Assembly (NCBI RefSeq): GCF_006345805.1
Contig: NC_042998.1
Coordinates: forward strand, 82,460,001-82,524,000
Direction of reading: 5' to 3'
Source of the DNA: Octopus sinensis
Taxonomy: Eukaryota
Length of the DNA stretch: 64,000 nt
A program made the translations under genes and the position numbers. The notes under the pieces are model-generated. The model searched no databases and was not told where the DNA came from. It was given only the letters and a program-made list of their open reading frames with translations. This document shows positions 49,491 through 63,754 of this stretch, piece by piece. Each line of letters opens with the position of its first letter. The stretch's first letter is position 1.

Positions 49491-51809
49491 TGATAACCAG
49501 TTAGTCGCAACATCTTTTTCCAAAGGCTGAAGATAGCTCAAGGGAATGATGCATCTCGTTTGACTACAGTTTTCTGATTCATATTGTCAGAGTTGTGAAT
49601 ATACTAAACAAAAAACAAAAGAAAAAAACATTGAAAATCCTAAAGGGCGGAAGCGGATTCTTTTTCTTTTCTTTTTTTTTTATATGTATTTTATTTGCAG
49701 TTTTGAATGTGTCTAGAGCTCTTTGAGGCGAACAGTGACAGCAGGCTAAAGAGCTTCATTAGGTCTGACGTTTGTCTGTCTCTCAGTAAATATTTTGTTA
49801 TATAGAACGTAATACAGCAAGATGACTACAAATAGCTTTCAGTAATGTAAACAGCATTGTTTTACCGAACGCTGTTTTAAAACAGAAAACAAAAAGAGAA
49901 AAAAGAAATACTCATTAGAATCTGACTTAGGATATGATTTGCCAGCAAACAGATATGATTCTCTACATGTGTATATTTTTGTGTTGATGTACATATCTGT
50001 GAGCTGTTTTGTCTGTATGTCTGGTGCTCTACTGTGTACATTTACGAGGCTTTCAAAGTTTCTACGTACTTGAATATCTGTGGCTAAAAGCATGTAAATA
50101 ACAGAGTTTGCGTTATATTCACACGTGGGCAGTATCATAGGATGCGTTGTTATACTGACAGTTCGTGTATTCGTATATCTATAAGTGTATGCTTGAAGTG
50201 TGCGTCATTGTGTGTATGTGTTTACTCTTCAGTATGATTATGTGTTTCCTTTGACAACCATGTACAGCGGCGCTGTGTGTTTAGCATCGGCACCAAGTAC
50301 TAGATAAACCACGCTATCACCTAGAACACTAAAATCTGGGGCAGTGATCCTACCTCTTAATAACTAAGACAAAATTACTTAATCCCACTAAAACATGATA
50401 ATAAAAACTTGGTAACAGAGTGAGTGAGAGAGAGAGAGAGAGAGAGAAAGAGAGCGAGAGAGCAGGTGATGTGAAACCAGGATCATAGATGACGGGGATA
50501 AATAATCTGTAGGGTCTCGTGGTGTTAGGACTTATCACATCTTCAAATTTTGCCAGTATATAGATATAATTACTGAGCTACATGATCACAGGACTATATA
50601 TTTCTTAAACGCAAGTTAACTTTAATCAGGACGGGCACATTTTTCAGACGGTGTAAAAGAGTGTAATGGCGGCAGAAAATTGTACGAAATAATTAGAAAA
50701 AGGTTGTACAGCGTAGGACTGGGAGAAGGAGTGGCACATGTTAGGGTTGAGGGAGGGATACATATTGTACGGCTGTTTGAAAGGATGCACATTGCTGCAG
50801 GTCTGGAAGGAGTGGCAGATGGTGTGGCTGACCAACCAACATTGATGCACATTTAAGGTCTAAATGAATGGATGCACATTATAATGCCGGGAGAATAGGT
50901 GGCACATATTTTAGGGTTGCGTTAGGGTACTGAATACTCTGGCGCCAGTTTTGTGTGAGTGTGCGTATATGCTGTGCATATGTGCTATATAACTCTTCTA
51001 GGTTTATGTGTGTACGTGTATGTGTATGCGCTTGTCCGTATTTCCACTGTAATGTAGCTTTCTCACTCCTCCAAGTCAGACCTGATTTAGCATACGTATG
51101 GCTAATAATGTTCCATCCATGAAAATCGTATTTCTTTTTTCCGATTACATTTTAATTTGAGTAAGATTCGACTTCTATTTCTAGCATGTTAAGTGAACAC
51201 ACACAAATCGCCTCCTTGTCTGTATTTGTAGATATTTATGCTGTTTTACGTAATTTGAGCGTGTGTGCATTTGTATCTTTTAAAATGTTCAACTTCCTTG
51301 TGTATCAATGTAAGTGTGCGTGTGTGTTTGTGTGTCTGTGTGTGTATGCACTCATGTGAGTCATTATGTGTGCGTTACTTGGATGTCGTGGTCATTAGAG
51401 TGACAGGATATTTTCTTCAAATGTATCATCGTCACAAACAGTCGGTGCAATCTAAACAACTGTAAACTAATGGGTTTGATACTTCACACTGTACAGTTTC
51501 TATACGATTATCTTTTACAATATACAGTCTACATACAGTTTATATATATTCTATATATATTTTAAAATAGAGATTAAAACCATTGGTCAAATATATGACT
51601 CAACTAGAACAAACTTATTATTTCTGTGATATGGGGTGGGAACCGCTATTCCGCTTCCCCGCAGGTTCTTTCATAACGTCGATTCTTTCCATGCAGGATA
51701 TATCTGTAGGAGTCCTACGAGTCAAACTTCTAACCAGAACCTAACGGGAAATTCCTTCCATTGACGAAGTCACCCCAAAACAAAAAACGCCGACGTTTGT
51801 TATCCTTCC

Positions 51810-51895
51810 CTTCACGTGGCAGCCCTCGCTTCTCTTCTTCCGGCAAGGCCCCTCGGCCGTTCACGTGACGACACTGACCTTATGCTTCCGGCGTG
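51810..51895. promoter_or_regulatory. CpG-rich promoter-like island with E-box and ETS motifs
   Basis: TCACGTGG (51812), CTTCCGG (51837 and 51885) and TCACGTGAC (51861) cluster in a locally CpG-rich unique segment. No linked gene was identified. Confidence 0.35.
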
Positions 51896-52712
51896 CCTCA
51901 GTCTCACAGTCTCACAGTCGCGTCTCATAGCTTAAAACTTTCCTCTTTTGTATTAAAACTGACTTAAATTATTGTATAATTAAAACTGAAATGAGCTTCG
52001 GAAAATATCTCGAACTATGTCAATGGGGGAATCTAAATAATTAATAAAATAATGAAGTACAAAATGCCGTACGCAAAAGAAATAAAATGCTTAATTCAAA
52101 ATATTTAGCTATAGAAAGGAAAGCATACAAACATATGGCGGCAAATGTTAGCAACAAGCAAACGAGAAAAGGGAGATGATTTTCAGAAATTAAAGATTAA
52201 TTTCACAAAGTTAGTTTCCATGACTGAATAATCACGATCTCGTTTTTGAGCAAGAGTCAACATGAAACGCTACCCTGCCATGTAAGAAGACAGACAATCA
52301 AATGCCACGCATCGATTTTTTTTTTTATATAAAGAATGGAAAATTAAGAGATGGTCTCGACGGAACATGAACCCAGAGCGCAAACATTGGTAACAAATAT
52401 AGCAAAACATTTTATCTAATTGGACGCTCTAACGATTTTGTCAATCTCAAATCACTTTACACACGCACATACATACACATGCACACACACACACACAACA
52501 CACACACACACAAACGTATATGTACATATAAATAAATAGGAGAATTATATATAAATATATGTATGTATATATTCTCCTTGTTTTTTTTTTTCTGTGTCCC
52601 TTTCTGTAGAAGAGCGTAGGCTCGAAACGTAAAAGATTTTTTTCAATTCCTGGGCGTTATACTAATATATATGTTTGTTTTGTACAGCACCTTTTTTTTT
52701 CGTGAACTTTCC

Positions 52713-52800
<88 letters not shown>

Positions 52801-52959
52801 ATGTATGTATGTATGTATGTGTGTATGTATATATATATATATGTACGTATGTATATGTGTGTGTATGCGTGTGTATGTTAATATAGTTGAAACAAGTGTT
52901 ATATTTTAAGGTGTGATCTAAAATAGAGATATGATTTTCTTCGTACATATTGGTTGTAA

Positions 52960-52991
<32 letters not shown>

Positions 52992-53094
52992 GTGAGAGAG
53001 AGAGAGAACGAGAGAGAGAGAGAAAGAGAGCAAGATATGAAAAATATGTAAATAGACCCTAGATAAGTAGACAGATAGATTGATCGATCAATGG

Positions 53095-53242
<148 letters not shown>

Positions 53243-55224
53243 GAAGGAAAGGCACACGAGTCTTGAGGCTAAAGAAACATCTTTTCCTTGCAGCAGAAAT
53301 AAAGACGATATTCTCCATAAATTTACCTAGTTCCTCTAATTAATGTTTGTTTTTAAATATAGCTATGTCCCACCCCAAATTACATGTGTACAGACACTCA
53401 CACACACGCATATATATATGTATGCATGTATGTAGGTACACTCATACGTATGTATGAATACATATATGTATATAAATGTGCTTTCCTCTCAATCATCAGT
53501 AATTGAGCCATTAGATATACAATTCCGTTCATAAAAATCGCTGTTCTAAATAACACTGTAATACGATCCAATCAAATTATTCACTATGCAGGGATTGCTG
53601 GAATAGGTGACTTTTAATTAATATTTATAGCAATGCACGAAAGCATACTATAATGAATGTATTTATGGAAAAACTGCACACCAATAATTCATATAGAATT
53701 GCAAATAACTAACGTTCTCTGCACAAAATATATTACATAGAGCAAATTTACTCCGGTTATAAAGTAAATGAAAAGCCTAACAGGATTGTTAGGAAGCATT
53801 ACATGAAGTATAACTTTACTTACCAAAGAGATGAAAGAGCTGAAAGTTTGGTCATTAAACGGAATTCATCAAGCATGATAACAATCAGAAATTCGAAACC
53901 TCATATAATATTGCAGCACCAAGCTTTAAAAAGATTACATATTGCTGTATTTAATGGCATAAAAATCGCATGCGCATATCAGATGCACCCTGATTTCCGC
54001 AGCGCATATTCAGGAAGATGAGGTTTTTAGTGCATTAAAGTATGTAATATTTAATGTAAGCTTCGGATATTTGTCCCGGGGTATTTTTGTTTTAACATCT
54101 TTTTTTGCTTAAAAGTGAATTTTATATTTTTATATGCCATCTAATACGGTATAAATTAATGAAATCAATTTTACCACTCTCACAACACACATAGATGTGA
54201 ATAGTTAAGATGATGTGTAAATATATTTAGAGCATTTGATAGATATCTCTATTTCGTCAAGCTACTATCGCAACAGTTTGTAAGCATACGAAGGCATTCC
54301 AGACACAGCAACATTAGAAGATCCATCCCCCTCAGCAGTTCACATAAATTCATTTGATATGTCAAAGTTTGAGAAAAATCCCAACAATAAACTGATCAAT
54401 CTGGTGTACTCATTTGACAGATCAAAATGAAACAACATCAAATAATATTGAAAATTTGGCATCATGTGGAATTTTTTATTCAATATTTGTCGAAAACTGG
54501 CCATGAACAAAATAATACACTCATGAGGCATTAATACAAAACATGAAATACACTTGTTCTTCCTGGACTATGATTTTGACTCCTTCCTTTCATTGGACGC
54601 TATAAATACAATAGAAAAATTAAACGCGTGTTTAAGCTCCCCATTTGAACAGAAAAATCAGTGTAATGAAGAACAGCAGTCTTGAGCTGTGATCCTCAAG
54701 CATACTTCCGGAGGCTCTCAACGGTCTCCTCTTGCTTAATATTTATAATTTTTGTCATTCATTAGCTAATGCTTTATTTTTTTTCTGGTGCAGCACCCTA
54801 GCAAAATCTAGGTTTTTATATCTGACCTGGATATTAAAAACGTTGAAACCTACTACTCAAGAACATCTGATAAATTTCCGTATTCTGTAACGTGAGCAAA
54901 GTAACAACAATTGCTAAGTAGTATCACACAGATCAATTCCCCTTTTTTTTTTATCTCTCCCTTCAAATGTTTTGGAACGATTCGTGTCCTTGACACTACT
55001 GAACAGCACTTTTACAAGTTCAAATTATAACTGGAATTCAGCTTGCTACAATCGTCTACCAGATTACCGAGCACGAAAGATACATGATAGTTATTATGGC
55101 ACGCCCTATGCTGAATTTTCAGCTGTTAAAGCGTTTACACAGTTGTTTTCGACACTTTATCCCCCTTTCTCTCTCTCTCTTTATGTATATCTATCTATCT
55201 ATCTATCTATATATATATATATAT

Positions 55225-55388
55225 AGGCGCAGGAGTCGCTGTATGGTTTAGAAGCTTGCTTACCAATCACATGGTTCTGGGTTCAGTCCCACTGCGTGGC
55301 ACCTTGGGCAAGTGTTTTGTACTATAGACTTGGGCCGACTAAAGCATTGTGAGTGGATTTGGTAGCGGGAAGCTGAAAGAAGCCTGTC

Positions 55389-55422
<34 letters not shown>

Positions 55423-55650
55423 TGTGTGTGTGTGTGTGTGTGTGTATGCTTGTGTGCATATGTTTGTCCCTCCATCATCGCTTGACAACGGATGTTGGTG
55501 TGTTTACGTCCCGGTAACGTAGCGGTTCGGCAACAGAGGCCAATAGAATATGTACTAGGCTTACAATAAATAAGTTCTGAGATCGATTTGTTCGACTAAA
55601 GGCAGTGCTCCAGCATGGCCGTAGTCAAATGACTGAAACAAGTAAAAGAT
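55225..55650 (+). mobile_element. Full-length SINE (family A)
   Basis: AGGCGCAGGAGTCGCTGTATGGT...GGGTTCAGTCCCACTGCGTGGCACCTTGGGCAAGTG...GACTGAAACAAGTAAAAGA. Confidence 0.9.
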
Positions 55651-55983
55651 ATATATGTATATATATATCTTTTTAAATTTTCAGCGGCATTAAGAATGAT
55701 TATCGAGCACATGGACAAAGCGGGCCTGATTTTGGCCCTGGATCAGCATTATTCACTGACGATAACAGAGTGATCATTTACAAAGTTTGAAATCACTGTA
55801 ATATGGATATGTCTGGTTTCCATTTTCCATTCCTTTCGTCTGTGGTACAGGGGTCTTAACATTTTACTACTCATTCTCTTGATTTCCCCTTGTGTACAAG
55901 TGAAAACTGTGGTTTTGAGTTGTTTTCACTGCTATTTTTAGCATACTTGTACTACTTGTAGTACCGTTCATTATATATATATA

Positions 55984-56140
55984 TAGGAGTGGCTGTGTGG
56001 TAAGTAGCTTGCTTATAAACCACATGGTTCCAGGTTCAGTTCTGCTGTTTGACACCTTGGGCAAGTGTCTTCTAAGCCTTGTGAGTGGATTTGGTAGATG
56101 GAAACTGAAGGAAGCCCGTCGTATATATATATATATATAT

Positions 56141-56177
<37 letters not shown>

Positions 56178-56275
56178 CGCGTGTGTGTGTTTGTGTTTGT
56201 CTGTCCTCCCACCATCGCTTGACAACCGATGCTGGTGTGTTTACGTCCCGTACATCAGCGGTTTGGCAAAAGAAC
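55984..56275 (+). mobile_element. 3'-truncated SINE (family A)
   Basis: AGGAGTGGCTGTGTGGTAAG...CCAGGTTCAGTTC...CACCTTGGGCAAGTGTCTTCT...CCACCATCGCTTGACAACCG. Confidence 0.9.
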
Positions 56276-56318
56276 ACAAATAGACACACAAACATATACA
56301 TATATACAAACCACACCC

Positions 56319-56377
<59 letters not shown>

Positions 56378-57109
56378 TGTATGTACGTATGTATGTACGT
56401 ATGTATCAGTGATTCAGTCAAGGTAAAAAGATCTGCACATTGCATCTGCAGACTCTGAAAGCAGTGTGTTGGGTACTGCTTCGTTCCTCTCAGAATGTAC
56501 AAGTGTTTGTATGTGTGTGAGTGTTTGCGTGTGTGAGTGGGTTTTTGTATGTGCGTGCATGTGTATGTACGTGTATGTGCGTTTGTTTATGTGTGTGTGT
56601 GTGGGTGGGTGTGAATGTGTGTGCCTGCAGAATACTTTGCGTTTAAATACCTACCGGATAATTGAATAATTTGGTTATTCGATGCGATAAAGTTAATTTT
56701 GTTTATTTGCTCAAACTATTGTTCGAAATTTAAGTAAAAGAAGAAAAAAACAGTCAAAATATAGTATAAAATAATAAAAACCAGTTTGATACAAATTAAG
56801 AAATCCTGAAATTTCCAATTTCATGAAGAAGTAAGCTAACTAGTTTACAAACAACCGCCGTCAAAAGAAGCAAATGAATTAAAACCATTCTTACGATTTC
56901 AATGAATTGAAAATATCGTATTTCAGATTCTAGAGGAATATTATCCTATTTTTAATTGATGTTAACAAATGATTCTATTGACTGAAACAAATTTATAAAG
57001 TTTGAACTGCGAAACAACACTTGTTTTCGTTAACACCACTCCCATTTATACAACCATCTCTAACATCACAGCAGCCGAAAATAGTATTAATAACCAACAA
57101 ACAAGTGGG

Positions 57110-57910
57110 TGTTGAATCGCTGAATCACTACCAAAATATTCTTTTCTACTCAAGACACAAGGCCCGAAATTTTAGGGGAGGGACCAGTCGATCAGATCGA
57201 CTCCAGTACGCAACTGGTACTTAATTTATCGACCCCGAAAGCATCAAATGCAAAGTCGACCAAAGTGGAATTTGAACTCAGAACGTAAAGACAAACGAAA
57301 TGCCGCTAAGTATTTCAATCGACGTGCTAAAGTTTCTGCCAGTTCACCGCCTTATCGTACATAAATATTATTTTCTACAAGGCGTTGAATCGGTGAATCA
57401 CTACCAAAATATTCTTTCCTAATCTAGGCACAAGGCCCGAAATTTTGGGGAAGAGGGCTAATCGGTTAGATCGATCCCAGTACGCAACCGATACTTAATT
57501 TTTCGACCCCGAAAGGATCAAAGACAAAGTCGACCTCGGTGGAATTTGAACTCTGAACGTAAAGACAGACGAAATACCGCTAAGTATTTCATCCGGCGTG
57601 CTAACGCTTCTTATTTCTGTAATGCCCACAAGGGGTTAAACGCAGAGGGGACAAACAAGGACAGACAAACGGATTATGTCGATTAAATCGATCCCAGTGC
57701 ATAACTGGTACTTAATTTATCGACCTCGAAAGGATGAAAGGCAAAGTCGACCTCGGCGGAATTTGAGCTCAGAACGTAACGGCAGACGAAATAGCTATTT
57801 CTTTACTACCCACAAGGAGCTAAACACAGAGAGGACAAACAAGGACAGACGAAATACTGCAAAGCTTTTCACCAGGTGTGCTGACGTTTCTGTCAGCTCA
57901 CCGCCTTATC
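57110..57910 (-). mobile_element. Tandem array of three family B SINE units
   Basis: The TCGAC(C/T)CCGAAAG..AAAG.CAAAGTCGAC..GGAATTTGA block recurs at about 57230, 57505 and 57720. The first two units share the flank GTTGAATCG.TGAATCACTACCAAAATATTC. Confidence 0.9.
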
Positions 57911-57944
57911 ACTATCGAAATTTTGCTTCTGTCATGAACAAACT

Positions 57945-58150
57945 CATGATCGTAAGATTGAGGTTTCTATCCCTGGACTGGGCGATGCGCTGTATCATTG
58001 AGCAAAACACTTGAAGTTGCTCCAGTTCATTCAGCTGGTAAAAAAAGAGTAATCCTGTGATGTTCTGGCGTCCCATTCAGGGAGGAATATGTACGCCAGA
58101 GAAACCGGGAAGCTGGCCCTATGTTCCTTATGGAGCAATGTGGACTAACC
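57945..58150 (+). mobile_element. Diverged SINE (family C)
   Basis: GATCGTAAGATTGAGGTTTCTATCCCTGG...TTGAGCAAAACACTT...TCCCATTCAGGGAGGAAT; related to the copy at 63755. Confidence 0.55.
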
Positions 58151-58427
58151 ACGAAGTATATTACACACTTTTGGCAGAAAATGCACCTATCGGAAGTGAC
58201 AGAGAGTAAAAAGAAATTAGATACTGAAAGAGTAAGGAAGGAGAGAATTTGATAATCTATCATTTGCGATTTCTCTAATTTACTTTATATCTAACTCGCT
58301 TGACTTATTTGTTAACTGTTAACTGTGATGCAGAAATATTCTAAACTTTCATGAAGAATCGACATGCAGTGAAGGTTATAATTCAAACAGTTGTAATATC
58401 GGTACATAGGAATACCAGTAAATATAT

Positions 58428-58522
<95 letters not shown>

Positions 58523-58639
58523 TGCCTTCTCTAAGAAGTTGATTCATTGCATAATCAGGTTAATTACATGATAATTTCATCGATCCTATGTAATTAATGT
58601 ATAGGAAATAACGAAGTAACAGTTGGAGTGGTATTAACA

Positions 58640-59200
58640 TTTATTATGAAATATTCAAAACCAACGGGTACCCTATATCCATTGAAAATCGGCTCAAGTA
58701 TTCAAGATGACAAGCACGCCGAACATACAGGAAATCCAGCAACACATACTTCTTAAAATACCCCATTTTAGCGAGAGGATAACTACAAGCATCCGAAAAG
58801 CCATAAGAAGAGAAGGATTAGACTACAACTAGCCCGCTCTGGCCTCTCTCTGTGAAGACACCTAGCAAAAAACTTAGCAATCAACGCACACTAGCTAACT
58901 GTCCCATCTGTGACAAAGATTTATGTCAACGGGTAAATGTTTTGTATAGAACACAATGAAACAAATGCAACAAGTTTTATGTGGGTAGCACAAGACCGTT
59001 ACACATTCACAAAGAATATCTGAACACGAGAGACTCTTCCTTCAGAAAACATTTGGACAAATGCCGGACCACCGACAAAAGCATAACAGTCCCAACTGAG
59101 GCCAATGAAAGAAATTCGGGTAATCTAAGAATTAAGGAAGCTATCCTCATGAACAGTCTAGGCCCCCATATTAACAACAAGCTGTCGATATATCATTTAG
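58640..59200 (+). mobile_element. Penelope-like element 3' fragment (GIY-YIG endonuclease)
   Basis: NGYP, CPIC..CQRVNVLYR, KCNKFYVGSTRPLHIHKEYL, SFRKHLDKC and NLRIKEAILMNSLGPHINNK fit a Penelope GIY-YIG domain; no RT core seen. Confidence 0.75.
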
Positions 59201-61907
59201 CTACATCTGGATGCGTGTAGGTTCAGTTTTTGACAACATGCTCATGTTATAGGAAAAAAGACTGGAAAAGAAACAGCATGTATAATACATAACTTAGAAG
59301 CAGCGTTGCGGATGTGCCAACCCGCACGAACTTGAGGCAAGGCCGCCCTCACGCATTTCTCGTGAGGAATTCCGGAAGGAGCTTCGTGAGACCACTGCAG
59401 AGACACTTCTGGAAAAAAAATTCATTAACCGTTGGAAAACCGATTATAGCAGTGACTCGATCAATTCCTAGGGATGTCTGAAGAAGACAGTTTTGTATTC
59501 TAAAATATTATTATTATATCAGACTATGGATAATTAAATTATTACATTTATTAAAGTCCATTCTGCATTGTTGTGCCATTCAAAACATTTCTATGAGATT
59601 TAAGTTTATCAAACACTGTATGATTTGCTATCTTAATACGAACATATATATAAGATAGAGGGTGATGCTCAAGCATTTAACTATGAGTGCATTGCAGTTT
59701 ATAACAAAAAGAACTGGAAGATAATGAAGTTCCTAGTACAAATGTTTATTCATTTGTCGTTCTAATTTCTTCTTACTGTTCTGTATTCGACTGACGCTTG
59801 GATCACAAGCATATACATATTCAGTACTAATACCATACTTTAAGTATCGTTTTTGCCTCAGCGAAATATCAAAATACAAACATGTATACACAGATACCAG
59901 TAGTGGAAGCTGATCTCCGGATCCTCAGCTTCGCGGAGATGACAAAAGCACCGAGATTACTAGCGATCCATGGTCCTCGAGATGAACTGACAATCACGGC
60001 ACACCTGATTCTGGGGCCATAATATATATACATACATAAATTTGGCTGTTCACGCGATATGGGTGTATCGGGCACTAGTATTTGGCTCATTAGAAACCAA
60101 TAACCAACAATACTATTATTTACAAAATTCATGTCATAAAACAATCTAAGATTATTGGCAGTAATTTTTTCGTCGATCTTAATACATTTCTCATATGTTT
60201 GTGTCATCCGTCCTACCGTATTTTTTCCGTATTCTTCTGTTTTTTCTCATTCATTGTTTTGGCGACCTTACTGAAATTCAATGACCGCACATACAACATC
60301 GTATACTGAACTACGAAACATGAAGTAAGATTTACGCCTGCCTGATTTATTTTAGATTTATCCAAGCAATAAATTACATTTTCTTGTAATAAATATCACT
60401 TATTTGTAGATATGAAATACAAAAAAACTGTCTTTTCCTCTTTTATGCTTACTATATTTATTATGGTGGTGGTAAGACAAGTAAAGTAAACATGACGCTG
60501 ATAGCAAAGAAATATAATGCCACAATGCTCTGGATTTATAATTAGGAGTGACGAGGAATAAAAGACAAGGATGAAAACATCTTTAACATTTCCATATCTT
60601 TTTCACAATTGAAAATCGGAAAGTCCAGGGTTTGAAACTTGAAATAGATAAACTTGCACGAGAATCCGGTTTTATCCATTACAATTGAGTAGACATTGAA
60701 TAACTTAAAAAGAAGTGACTCGCTTAAGATCACACCACATCTCCTGGTCTAGAAATGGAAACTATGGTCATTAATGGAACACTCCAAATCCTAATCATCC
60801 TGGGTTCTCCGTTCCACCATATATACATATACATTTATATTTTATTTGAAAATTGTTATGTGGTCACAATCTTCGACGTATTTTATGCTTGTACAAGATG
60901 AAAGAACATTGAAACATGTTATGAACAATAATTTGTTGGGTTTTTTTTTTATTAAAATCCATTCTTAGGACCTGAAGACAAATTGAGACAGGAATGATTG
61001 AATTTAAAATGAAAAATATGAACGTGTTTGAAATAATCATTGCAATTAACTCTATGAGAGAAATTTAGCCATGTAATGTAATATTCCCAATTACTTTTAC
61101 TAGTTGCCTTTCTCACTTTCTACTGTTGGTTTGTGACAAATGTTTCATTAATTCTACAAAGCAGGGTTCAGAAACCAAGCATATATCACTGATGTGTGCT
61201 GATATTTCTTACAACAATAGTTAAACGCGCCTCTTTATCTCTACAATTACACACAATTTTATTAATGTTCAACGGCCTTTTAGCCATGAGTTCTGTTTCA
61301 CTCTAATTACAAGATTGGAACTACTGACCCTTCAGCCAATAAATAGCTAACACTAAATAATCAAATAGAATGAATCTAATTACAATCATAGATTTTCTAT
61401 TGAATTGTAAAATCTGTAATTACACTTTGAAGATGATATCAACTACTAAACGATGATTAATGGCGAAATAATGTTTTGTCACTCAGGAATAAAACCTTAG
61501 GCAAGCTGAGTTCAGTGACTTGTACAATAAAAGATGCAAGAACTGTGCAGGAATATAAACTTTATCCGATTACTTAGACTTTACGTCTTTCATTAATGAT
61601 GAAGTATTGAAAATTATGTAATGATATGGTCCATGGTGGATTATTGTTAGTGTTTATCAAATAAAGTAACAAACTTTTGGATAATCAACAATAAGTACAA
61701 TTGAAATTAAAACCAACCAACGTCGGTTTAATAGAAGATATCGATTAGAAAATGATTTAGTAAAAATGCTGACAGACCTCATTGAACTGTATAAACAGAC
61801 AATGATGTAAATGTTTGTTAGTAAGAGAGGTTGGTGATGGCGGGTGCATTGATATTGATGGTAGTATTCGTAAGCGTTGACGGCGGAGTTATTAACGTTG
61901 CTGATCG

Positions 61908-61908
<1 letters not shown>

Positions 61909-61963
<55 letters not shown>

Positions 61964-62060
61964 TTGATGATGATGTTGATGATGATGATGACGACGACGA
62001 CAATGATGATGTTGATGATGTGGAGGAGGAGAAGGAGGAGGAGGAGGAGGAGAAAAAGAA
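61909..62060. repeat. (GAT)n/(GAG)n microsatellite
   Basis: Direct inspection. Confidence 0.95.
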
Positions 62061-63267
62061 AGTGAGAACGAGGAAGAGGAGAAAGGGGTACGCTGAGAAA
62101 CATAGCCAGGAGTCATGGGTGACACCTACTGAGTCACTGAAATTGCCAAACAACAGAAGCTTCTCTAGTTATTAGTCTCCAATAGTGTTCGTGCTAAAGA
62201 GAGAGAGTGAGAGAGAGAGAGAGAGAGAAAGAGATAGAAAGAGAGAAAGCCATCATAGAGATTGCCGGCTGTGTTTTGTGTAGTGTAAAGAGCTGAAACA
62301 TAGACACGAAGGTTGACAGATGCAACCAGTGAGCATGGCATTGGTTTTCAGTGAGAAAATCAACACTAAACACGCAAAACCAAATAAGAGAGGGACGAAG
62401 CAGATCTTTTCACTTCCACTTAGTATATCCGATGGGCTTCTCAACCTTATCAGGTTTATAACCGGTAGACCCTGTTGTCCTTACTGTGGCATCGCGGAAA
62501 GTTGATGATGAAGTTGTTTGTTTGTGATGTAAAGCTAACTAACTGAAATCAAAGAAATGGTAACCGGAAATTCATTGATGTTTAACTCTATGCTCCGAAT
62601 CATAGAACTAAGTGCATCTGCATTTTAGGGTTAATAAAGTTGATGATCTTTGTTATTACTGTTTTTTACCTCTATAAAGTTCTACTCCCGAAGTACCTCT
62701 AGATATCTTAAATATATATTTTCGACTAAACGATAAGAAGATTAATAAGAAAAAGAAAGCTTGAACTAATTTTTGTATCTATATATAGGTAGTATGGCAT
62801 TAGACATAAAGATAATTCAACAAGAATAATTTGATGTAAATGACATCCTGGGAACATTTATTCCCAACAGTTCTAGTCGAATGACGTCCCAAAGTAATTA
62901 AATACTACGCTCACTTTTGCTTTATAGCTATAAAATGATGTTTGTGATATTGAACAAGTAGTAGATCTGCTGTTCTTGGTCTTAATGTTGTTTGCAAAAA
63001 GAAACATATTGTTTATTGTCTCAGTTTTCACATATGTAACTAAGCAAAACAGCTAACACATGTTTGCCATAAAGTTATATGTGGTAGACTATCAGCGTAT
63101 CCAGGGATATTTATTCCTGGTTTCACATATTTCACTTCATTTTTACAGTTAATGCATTAACAAAAGAAAGGCCTTTTTCAAAGCTTTGTTTAGCTTTCCT
63201 TTAAACCAACAGCTATAATAGATCTACTATTATAAAGCGCAATATATCTTATCATTTTGTTTTTTTA

Positions 63268-63482
63268 TGGCAGCGAGCTAGCAGAATCGTTAATACTTCA
63301 GGCACAATATTTAGCAGCAGCTTTTCCGGTTTCACGTTCTGGGTTCAAATACCACCGAGGTTGACCTTGCTACTTCTACTTTCGGAGTCGATAAATAAAG
63401 TAACTTTTGAGCCCTGGATTTGATATAATTAACTAGCCTCCTCCCTATAGTTTTCAGGCGTTATGCCTTTAGTAGAAAGGAT
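63268..63482 (+). mobile_element. SINE (family B)
   Basis: ATGGCAGCGAGCTAGCAGAATCGTTA...GGGTTCAAATACCACCGAGGTTGACCTTGC...TTTCGGAGTCGATAAATAAAGTA. Confidence 0.85.
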
Positions 63483-63754
63483 CATTTTGTGTTCGATCAG
63501 CAAACAATATTTTCGCTGAAAATATAAGGAAAGCCAGCGGCTTAGTATAGATTCAAACTTCCAGTTGCTTCTCGTTGACGATACACATGTCGAAACAACT
63601 GGGATCCAGAATTTTGTGCGCCATTAAACCAAGTATGTTGAACGCGCTGTAGTCGTAAAAGAGAGATATTATTCTATGACGTACACTACGGTAACCATAA
63701 TATTTTACGTCCGAACCTGCTTAGACGTTTAAAGAATAAATATGCATACAATTG

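Noticed and set aside
49176-49493. Gly/Asp-rich 105-aa ORF that looks like a low-complexity protein
   Set aside because: Lies wholly within a compound trinucleotide field with ORFs on both strands; no linked exon evidence.
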